From: Thiotrichales bacterium
GTDB taxonomy: Bacteria; Pseudomonadota; Gammaproteobacteria; Francisellales; CACEW01
Length of the DNA stretch: 64,000 nucleotides
Assembly: GCA_947478525.1 (NCBI GenBank)
Contig: CANJVU010000004.1
Coordinates: 22,458 to 86,457 of the forward strand
Direction: 5' to 3'
Part shown: in pieces, positions 56,986 through 64,000 of the stretch
Numbering within the stretch: position 1 is the first letter of the stretch
Layout of the letters: each line of letters starts with the position of its first letter
Notes under the pieces: model-generated
Seen by the model: only the letters and a program-made list of their open reading frames with translations
The model's database searches: none
Told to the model about the DNA's origin: nothing
Position numbers and translations under genes: made by a program

Positions 56986-58428
56986 TTATTTCAAAAATTT
57001 ATTCAATTTAGGCGTTAACAATAACATAAACACTGCAAAACCTAATGTGCAAATACCAATCTCAAAGAATACATGCGTGTAAATGGGTAAGGTTAACACT
57101 GGATTAGTGATGCCTTTAGGAATGGCGGTCAAGCTCGCTACAAAACCAGCTAAGATAGAAGCCATGGCGGTTGTCATAAACCACATCCCCATCATCAAAC
57201 CCATAAAGCGTTGTGGGATTAATTGAGCTACCATCGACAAACCCAGCCCAGAAATCAACAACTCGCCAATACTTTGTAGGGTGTAAATGCCCACCATCCA
57301 CCACGAGCTAACCATACCTGTGGTTCCGCCGAAATATTGGCTAAACCATCCTACTAAAAAACCACCTGAGCATAAAAACATCCCAATGGTAAATTTTTCT
57401 GGCAAGGTTAAATCTTTACCCAACTTACCTAGAGTCGTGTAGAAATAAGCCAAAACAGGGCTGGCAAACATAATCACCACCGGGTTAAGCGCCTGATAAG
57501 ACAAAGGGTTAACAGCGAAACCCAAAAAGGTATGATTGACGTTATTAACACCGTACAACGTTAATGACGTTGGCATTTGCGCATATAATACAAAAAAGAC
57601 CACTGCTTCCAACATCATGATCAACGCAACAATTAGATTTTTTCTGACACGCCCTTTACTGATAAAAATAAGCCGCGAGAAAAAAATTAAAATAATAATA
57701 CCCACCGCCAACAAAAACCAGTGCGTCACCAACAGATGTTGCAATAACCAGGCAGAAACCCCTGCCAATGCAAGCGTTCCAAAAATCACGGGGATAAAAC
57801 GCAGCACTTTCATCGGCGCTAAACCTACGGGGGAGTCAATATGCTTCATCCAGGAGGACGTCACCAAGAAATAAATCACCGTGACAACCAACCCCGCTGA
57901 ACAGGTCCAAAACCCAACCGACCATCCAAAATGCGTGGCGATGACCGGCACCAGCAGCATACTGAACATCGAGCCAATATTGATGGCCATGTAATACAAA
58001 GTAAAGGCACCATCAATTCTGGGATCTTTATCCGCATAACATTTTGACAGTAAACTGGAAGGATTGACCTTGAACAAACCAGTACCCACCGCAATAAGAC
58101 CCATACCAGCAAACATCACACCAGCATTAGGAATGCCTAACAAGAAATATCCAATAGCCAATACCAGCGCACCCAATACAATGGTTCTTTTAATTCCCAG
58201 GTATCGGTCACCCACATAACCACCAATGACCGTAAAACCGTAGACCAAGGCCACCATCGCTGACCATATATTAAAAGAGTCCGCGTCCCTGTATCCCAAT
58301 TTTTGGATCATGTAATAAACCAGGATTGCCTGCATACCGTAGTAACCAAAGCGTTCCCACATCTCAACCACAAAAATTACATAAAATGGTTTAGGCTGGC
58401 GTAGATTTTCGCCGATCTTTACAAGCAT
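56986..58428 (-). CDS. POT/PTR2-family di/tripeptide:proton symporter (tandem paralog)
   Basis: Start at MLVKIGENLRQPKPFY (ATG 58428, RBS GGAGG). Colinear with the 55509-56951 product. Confidence 0.88.
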   Translation of the reverse strand: MLVKIGENLRQPKPFYVIFVVEMWERFGYYGMQAILVYYMIQKLGYRDADSFNIWSAMVALVYGFTVIGGYVGDRYLGIKRTIVLGALVLAIGYFLLGIPNAGVMFAGMGLIAVGTGLFKVNPSSLLSKCYADKDPRIDGAFTLYYMAINIGSMFSMLLVPVIATHFGWSVGFWTCSAGLVVTVIYFLVTSSWMKHIDSPVGLAPMKVLRFIPVIFGTLALAGVSAWLLQHLLVTHWFLLAVGIIILIFFSRLIFISKGRVRKNLIVALIMMLEAVVFFVLYAQMPTSLTLYGVNNVNHTFLGFAVNPLSYQALNPVVIMFASPVLAYFYTTLGKLGKDLTLPEKFTIGMFLCSGGFLVGWFSQYFGGTTGMVSSWWMVGIYTLQSIGELLISGLGLSMVAQLIPQRFMGLMMGMWFMTTAMASILAGFVASLTAIPKGITNPVLTLPIYTHVFFEIGICTLGFAVFMLLLTPKLNKFLK

Positions 58429-58523
58429 GATTCCTCCCGGTAATACTAAACAATTTGTAAAACTGGAAGATGATATCGAGTGTATCGCTGGAAGTAAAGG
58501 TGCGCACACAGAGAGAGGATGAT

Positions 58524-59324
58524 CTACTCGTCTTTACGCCAGCGGGAAGCCACACCGGCACCAATCAACAACGCCGTTAATACGAACAAAATCAATAAAG
58601 TTGCCAAAGCGTTAATTTCTGGCGTGATGTTGTTACGAATAGTGGAATAGATATACATCGGTAACGTCGTAGTATCAGGGCCACTGACAAAGCTGGTAAT
58701 CACCAGGTCGTCAATTGACAACGTAAAACTCAATAACCACGCCACCACCAGCGAAGGAAAAATCTGCGGCAAGGTAATGCGGAAAAATGTTTTGATGGGC
58801 CTGGCTCCTAAGTCCATCGCTGCTTCTTCAATGGTGCGATCAAGCCCCCCTAGACGCGCCTGAATCACAATCACGGCGTAAGCAATACAGAATGTGGTAT
58901 GCGCAATCAGAATGGTGGCAAAGCCCTGCTCTACTGGCCAACCAATCATGCTTTGCAAACTGACAAACATCAGTAACAGCGACAAACCGGTAATCACATC
59001 TGGCATCATCAACGGCGTAATCGCCATACCATATAACAGCGTTCTGCCCTTGAATGGCCCATAGCGATTAAACGCTACCGCCAGCATGGTGCCGAGAACC
59101 ACCGCGATAGTGGAAGCCAACACACCAATGCGCACACTCAACCACGCCGCGGATAAAATGGTGCTGTCATTAACCAAAGTGCTGTACCACTGGAATGACC
59201 AGCCACCCCAAAGCGTGACAATGTCAGAACTGTTAAACGAATAAATTACCAATGTCAGCATCGGAATATATAAAAATGCCATACCGAGCACTAACCAGAC
59301 ACGCAATAGCCAGGATTTTTTCAT
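58524..59324 (-). CDS. potC: spermidine/putrescine-type ABC permease PotC-like
   Basis: Start at MKKSWLL, overlapping the potB stop (ATGA). Contains the EAAMDLGA permease loop. Confidence 0.82.
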   Translation of the reverse strand: MKKSWLLRVWLVLGMAFLYIPMLTLVIYSFNSSDIVTLWGGWSFQWYSTLVNDSTILSAAWLSVRIGVLASTIAVVLGTMLAVAFNRYGPFKGRTLLYGMAITPLMMPDVITGLSLLLMFVSLQSMIGWPVEQGFATILIAHTTFCIAYAVIVIQARLGGLDRTIEEAAMDLGARPIKTFFRITLPQIFPSLVVAWLLSFTLSIDDLVITSFVSGPDTTTLPMYIYSTIRNNITPEINALATLLILFVLTALLIGAGVASRWRKDE

Positions 59325-60253
59325 GATAAGGCTCGCTTCTGTTGCAACCGTTGCAGCCAAACCACTGGGACCACCAATAAGATTAACATAATAATGGCCA
59401 ACGCTGCAGCTACACCCCAGTTATTGCCGATAAAAAATTCTTGCCAGATGACATTACCGATCATCAAGGTATTCACGCCCCCCAGAATCTGCGGCACCAC
59501 CACTTCACCGACGCAAGGAATAAACACCAACAAGGCTCCAGCAATTACCCCCGACCAGGATAAGGGCAACGTGATTTTCAAAAACGCCCGCCACGGCGGA
59601 CAACCCAAGTCATAGGCTGCTTCCAACACATCGCGATCGAGTTTGATCAATGTCGCATACAACGGCAACACAAAAAACGGCAAATAACCATACAACAATC
59701 CAATGTACACTGAGAAATCATTGTAAATCATGCGAATCGGCATATGAGTGATGCCTAATGCCTGCAACAATTGATTCACCACGCCATTATTTTGCAGCAG
59801 GATAATCCAGGCATAAGCCCGCAGCAAAAACGAGGTCCAATAGGGTAAAATAACCATTAAAAACAATACTGATTGCACCTTCGGCGAACTATTGGCAATG
59901 GCATAGGCCAAGGGATATCCAATCAACACACACATAATCGTAGTGAAAAACGCGATCTTAACCGAACTTAAAAACGCCAGAAAAATCGAACCATGCGCTA
60001 ATACGAAAATATAGTTATTCAACTCAATCAAAATATGAATGGCATTGCCACTAAGTGTCACGAGTGGCGTATATGGTGGTGAAGCCAAAATGCTTTCGGC
60101 GACACTCATCTTTAAGGTAAATAAGAATGGCAACAACAAGAAACAAAACAACCAAACTGAAGGAATGCCCACTACCACCAATCGGCGCCATTGGTTGTCG
60201 GTAAGGTTCAAGCTGTTTAAGTTAAATTTGATTTTGTCGGTTCTTTTAATCAT
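59321..60253 (-). CDS. potB: spermidine/putrescine-type ABC permease PotB-like
   Basis: 310 aa with the LEAAYDLG permease loop. Overlaps the potA stop. Confidence 0.82.
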   Translation of the reverse strand: MIKRTDKIKFNLNSLNLTDNQWRRLVVVGIPSVWLFCFLLLPFLFTLKMSVAESILASPPYTPLVTLSGNAIHILIELNNYIFVLAHGSIFLAFLSSVKIAFFTTIMCVLIGYPLAYAIANSSPKVQSVLFLMVILPYWTSFLLRAYAWIILLQNNGVVNQLLQALGITHMPIRMIYNDFSVYIGLLYGYLPFFVLPLYATLIKLDRDVLEAAYDLGCPPWRAFLKITLPLSWSGVIAGALLVFIPCVGEVVVPQILGGVNTLMIGNVIWQEFFIGNNWGVAAALAIIMLILLVVPVVWLQRLQQKRALS

Positions 60254-61383
60254 GACGTCAACACCATGATGCTGGAGGTTTCCCAGGATAAATATACCGT
60301 GTCGCCCCAGGTCGGATGCTCAGCATCGCGCTCAACGTTAAAATCGGTGGCTTTGACAATTTTGCCATTGGTCATCTGGACATGATAGGTCGACACACCA
60401 CCTAAATAAGCAATGTCTTTAATTGCACCACGAATGCAGTTTTCCGGTTTTTCAGCATTGTAATCCTGCGGTGGTTTTTTCGATACCGTCATTTTTTCAG
60501 GACGAATCGCGCACCACACGGTTTGACCTTCGACCACATCCAGCGAACGGTCTACCCAAAACTGGCAATCGGCCTGCTCCGAGATCATCACCATATCATG
60601 GTCGCCTTCAAAAGTGGCTCTCGATTCAAACATATTGGTGGTACCGATAAAATCAGCCGTAAAGCGGCTTTGCGGATATTCATACACTTCGGAGGGCGTA
60701 CCGATTTGCTCGAGTGAACCGTTATTCATGACGCCGATACGCGTTGACATGGTCATCGCTTCCGCCTGGTCATGCGTTACCATCACAAAAGTAATACCGG
60801 TTTTTTCTTGAATGTCCACCAGCTCAAACTGCATTTGTTCACGCAATTTTTTATCAAGCGCTGACAATGGCTCATCCAACAACAATACTTTAGGCTGTTT
60901 CGCCAAACATCTGGCCAATGCGACACGTTGTTGCTGACCACCAGACAACTGATGTGGCTTACGTTTGGCGTATTTTTCCATTTGCACCAGTTTTAATACC
61001 GCTTCGGTACGCGCCAGCACCTCTGCTTTAGAATGTTTGTCTTGCTTTAACCCAAAGGCAATGTTCTGCATCACATTCATGTGTGGGAACAGTGCGTAAG
61101 ACTGGAACATCGTATTGATCGGGCGCTGGTACGGTGGCACACCCGCCATGTCGACCCCTTCTAATAAAATTTTGCCCTGAGTTGGCATTTCGAAACCGGC
61201 CAACATACGCAATACAGTGGTTTTACCGGAACCGGAGCCTCCAAGAATGGAGAAGAATTCGCCACGGTAAATTTTTAAATCGATCTGGTTAACCGCAACT
61301 TGACCGCTAAAAATTTTGGACAAGTTGCGGATTTCAATGATGGGAGGAAGATCCGTTTTAATGGAAGCGCTTTTCAATACCAT
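60250..61383 (-). CDS. potA: spermidine/putrescine-type ABC ATPase PotA-like
   Basis: Start at MVLKSASIK (ATG 61383). Walker A GGSGSGKTT, LSGGQQQRVALAR, and a C-terminal TOBE-like domain. Confidence 0.88.
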   Translation of the reverse strand: MVLKSASIKTDLPPIIEIRNLSKIFSGQVAVNQIDLKIYRGEFFSILGGSGSGKTTVLRMLAGFEMPTQGKILLEGVDMAGVPPYQRPINTMFQSYALFPHMNVMQNIAFGLKQDKHSKAEVLARTEAVLKLVQMEKYAKRKPHQLSGGQQQRVALARCLAKQPKVLLLDEPLSALDKKLREQMQFELVDIQEKTGITFVMVTHDQAEAMTMSTRIGVMNNGSLEQIGTPSEVYEYPQSRFTADFIGTTNMFESRATFEGDHDMVMISEQADCQFWVDRSLDVVEGQTVWCAIRPEKMTVSKKPPQDYNAEKPENCIRGAIKDIAYLGGVSTYHVQMTNGKIVKATDFNVERDAEHPTWGDTVYLSWETSSIMVLTS

Positions 61384-61474
61384 GATCCTTGCATTAAGTG
61401 AGTTCACAAAAAGCGATTCTAGAATCAACCCCCCCAAACTGCAAGATGAAATTCACCCTTAAAACAAAATATTT

Positions 61475-62914
61475 TTAACGGCTCAATTTTTTCAAATACG
61501 GAATCAAAGCAATGCTCACCAATGTCAAAATCAACGCCATGATGCCATAGAGCCAGAAGGCATGACTATAAACGGCCAGAGATTGTGTTAGATTGAGCTT
61601 ATCAGGGATTGACGCGAGCAATGATAATTCGCCACTCACCGCGTAAGCTGCCGCCAACGTCAAAAACCATACGCCCATCATAGTACCCACGCTTTCTTTC
61701 GGTGATAGCACGGTAATCATTGCCAAACCAATGGGCGAAAGGACCAATTCACCGATGGTTTGTGATAAATAACTCAACACCAACCACCAACCAGAAATAA
61801 TGCCACCATGACCAAACCAGGTCGCCGCAACACCCAAAATCACAAAGCCAACACCCATAAAACCAATACCCATCGCAAACTTGGTAGGAATCGACGGATT
61901 TAAATGATAAGGATCCAACTTAACCCACAGCCAACTGAGCAGTGGACTTATTGCGATAATAAAGAACGAGTTATAAAACTGCGTAAATTCCGGTGTGATC
62001 GGAATGCCAAATAAAGTCAGATCCAAGTTGCGATTGGCGAATAACATCAATGAAGTAAAAGTTTGATTATACAACGCCCAAAACATCAGGGACAGTACGA
62101 TTAAAATCAAGCTGGCAAGCATTTTGTTGCGCCAATGCGTGGTGTTCTTGAAAATCATTTTCAATACAAACAACAAAATCACGAAGGAGGCGATAATTAA
62201 CAGCCAGTTTGCTTGCGCAGGATAATACAACACCACTTCAAATACCGCCAAGGCAATGACCATCGCCACGATAAACCAGGTATAAAAGCGTACCCGATGA
62301 AATGCGGACAAACGCAAGGTGCTGGTTTCTGGCATGGTGCCACACACGCCTAAAATTTTACGCCCTGCGAACAACGTTACCACCGAAATCAACATACCAA
62401 TCCCGGCAAAGATAAACGCAATATGCCAACCCCAGTGATTTACCACCCAGCCGGTAAATAATGGCGGCACCAAGGCCCCGACGTTAATGCCCATGTAAAA
62501 TAAAGTAAATCCGCCCTCACGACGCGGATCGTTTTCACCATATAACGTGCCGACAATACTGGACACATTGGGTTTGAACAAGCCATTACCCAATACTAAA
62601 AAACCCAGGCCCAGATAAAACAAATGTAAATTTGAGGTCGCAGCCAGCAGATAACCGATCAACAGCAACACACCACCACAGTAAATGCTTTGACGATAGC
62701 CCAACCAACGATCGGCGATATAACCACCTGCAACAGGGGTTAGATACATCATCGCATTGAGCGCGCTGAACAACAGATAAGATTGGTCATCGCTAAAATG
62801 CAGCGCTTGGCTTAAATACAACACCAAAATGGTGGTTAAGGTATAGTAACCAAAACGTTCCCACATTTCGGTGAGAAATAAAACGTAAAGTCCTTTAGGT
62901 TGTATTGCTTTCAT
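61475..62914 (-). CDS. POT/PTR2-family di/tripeptide:proton symporter
   Basis: Start at MKAIQPKGLYVLFLTEMWERFGYY (ATG 62914, RBS GAGGAA). Also has GGYIADRWLG and FTLFYMGINVGAL. Confidence 0.88.
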   Translation of the reverse strand: MKAIQPKGLYVLFLTEMWERFGYYTLTTILVLYLSQALHFSDDQSYLLFSALNAMMYLTPVAGGYIADRWLGYRQSIYCGGVLLLIGYLLAATSNLHLFYLGLGFLVLGNGLFKPNVSSIVGTLYGENDPRREGGFTLFYMGINVGALVPPLFTGWVVNHWGWHIAFIFAGIGMLISVVTLFAGRKILGVCGTMPETSTLRLSAFHRVRFYTWFIVAMVIALAVFEVVLYYPAQANWLLIIASFVILLFVLKMIFKNTTHWRNKMLASLILIVLSLMFWALYNQTFTSLMLFANRNLDLTLFGIPITPEFTQFYNSFFIIAISPLLSWLWVKLDPYHLNPSIPTKFAMGIGFMGVGFVILGVAATWFGHGGIISGWWLVLSYLSQTIGELVLSPIGLAMITVLSPKESVGTMMGVWFLTLAAAYAVSGELSLLASIPDKLNLTQSLAVYSHAFWLYGIMALILTLVSIALIPYLKKLSR

Positions 62915-62973
62915 GCCGAACGTTTCCTCATGTTCGTGAATCTTCACCCCTTCCATAAGGGGAGAAGGGAATT

Positions 62974-63813
62974 TTAATAATCTCTGTTATTTTTATTAAC
63001 TCTGGGTTTCAATCTAAATGCACTGTGTTTTGGCAAGCCATATTTTTTGACCACTTTTGGTGGTTCGTAATCCGGCATTTTGACTAAACGACGCAGCGCA
63101 TTGACTTGTGGCAAGGTCATTTCTTCTGACTTACCTTGCCGCAAGTGGCTAGGCAGCAAAACATCGCCATAGCGAATGCGAATCAACCGGCTTACCACGA
63201 CTTCTTGCGAATCCCACAAACGCCGCACTTCTCGGTTACGTCCTTCCATCAACATCACATGATACCAATGGTTTTTACCTTCGCCACCGGCATCTTTGAT
63301 TTGGGTAAAGCGCGCCATACCGTCTTCCAATTGAACGCCAGTGGTGAGATTTTTTAAAGCTTCAGGCGACACCTCGCCATACACCCGCACCGCATATTCA
63401 CGCTCTAATTCATAGGAGGGATGCATCAAGCGATTCGCCAATTCACCATCGTTGGTAAAAATCAATAAACCGGAAGTATTAAAATCGAGACGACCAACGG
63501 AAATCCAGCGCCCTTGCTTAACCTCTGGCAGGCTGTCAAATACGGTCGGACGCCCTTCTGGGTCACTGCGACTGCAGACTTGATTTTCAGGTTTGTGGTA
63601 CAGCAATACCCGCGGAACCGTGGGTGCATCGACCCACTTAACTTCGCGTTGATTGACTTTAATCACATCATCCGAGGAGGCTTTATCACCCAATTTTGCC
63701 AATCTGCCATTAACGGTTACCATACCGGAAGTAATCCAGGTTTCGATTTCACGCCGCGAGCCCAATCCACGTTGCGCCAATAATTTTTGTACCCGTTCTT
63801 CTATTGCAGCCAC
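62974..63813 (-). CDS. rluB: 23S rRNA pseudouridine synthase RluB
   Basis: GTG start. S4 domain (RLQKLLAQRGLGSRREIETWI-like) and RsuA/RluB motif GRLDFNTSGLLIFTNDGELANRLMHP. Confidence 0.88.
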   Translation of the reverse strand: MAAIEERVQKLLAQRGLGSRREIETWITSGMVTVNGRLAKLGDKASSDDVIKVNQREVKWVDAPTVPRVLLYHKPENQVCSRSDPEGRPTVFDSLPEVKQGRWISVGRLDFNTSGLLIFTNDGELANRLMHPSYELEREYAVRVYGEVSPEALKNLTTGVQLEDGMARFTQIKDAGGEGKNHWYHVMLMEGRNREVRRLWDSQEVVVSRLIRIRYGDVLLPSHLRQGKSEEMTLPQVNALRRLVKMPDYEPPKVVKKYGLPKHSAFRLKPRVNKNNRDY

Positions 63814-63815
63814 TT

Positions 63816-64000
63816 TATTCTCCTAAAAACACGGCGGAATCGCCACTACCTTGACGCTTCACCACGGGTTGTGATCCGGTTAAATCCACTACGGTGGTCG
63901 GTTCAAAACCACAATAACCCCCATCAATCACTAAATCTACCTGATTACCCAACTGTTCACCCACATCCTCAGGATAAATCAACGGCTCAGTTTGTCCTGG
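63816..64000 (-). CDS. Sua5/YciO/YrdC-family protein, C-terminal part (5' end outside window)
   Basis: The frame is open to the window edge: ...QVDLVIDGGYCGFEPTTVVDLTGSQPVVKRQGSG. Adjacency to rluB matches the yciO position in E. coli. Confidence 0.7.

Overview
This is a gammaproteobacterial chromosomal window. The lineage cannot be fixed from sequence alone. An ankyrin-repeat protein, four POT transporters and an unusual tmRNA tag weakly suggest an intracellular Legionellales- or Thiotrichales-like organism. All protein calls come from recalled family motifs, since no database search was possible.

Core blocks:
- truB-rbfA-infB-nusA-rimP (1-5542, minus strand)
- ettA
- glyQ and glyS, split by an inserted BRO-N/DinD-like gene
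- yqgE-ruvX
- an HlyD/ABC/ABC-2 efflux set and a FUSC protein
- tRNA-Thr and HU
- pilA-pilB-pilC, rep, rlmM, a SWIM-SNF2 helicase and ubiB
- tmRNA and an ABC-F ATPase
- three POT transporters around potABC
- rluB
- two type II toxin-antitoxin pairs and one decayed hipBA-like locus

The stand-out is a ~15 kb integrative island (5596-20638) in the initiator tRNA-Met gene. It is bounded by an exact 14-bp direct repeat and splits the conserved metY-rimP synteny. The island carries:
- a P4-type integrase co-oriented with a TIR-domain gene
- AlpA plus a DUF3987 protein
- two ~99-bp palindromic repeat units
- an orphan hcp / LysM-effector / membrane-protein operon
- a divergent POT transporter
- several orphan ORFs
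- two ORF-free stretches

The most unusual element is the 1.65-kb ORF-free segment at 8995-10645. It is packed with perfect 7-10 bp hairpins. It also holds a well-delimited candidate sRNA with a CU-rich anti-Shine-Dalgarno loop, and a GTGTTAC iteron array. The function of this segment is unknown.
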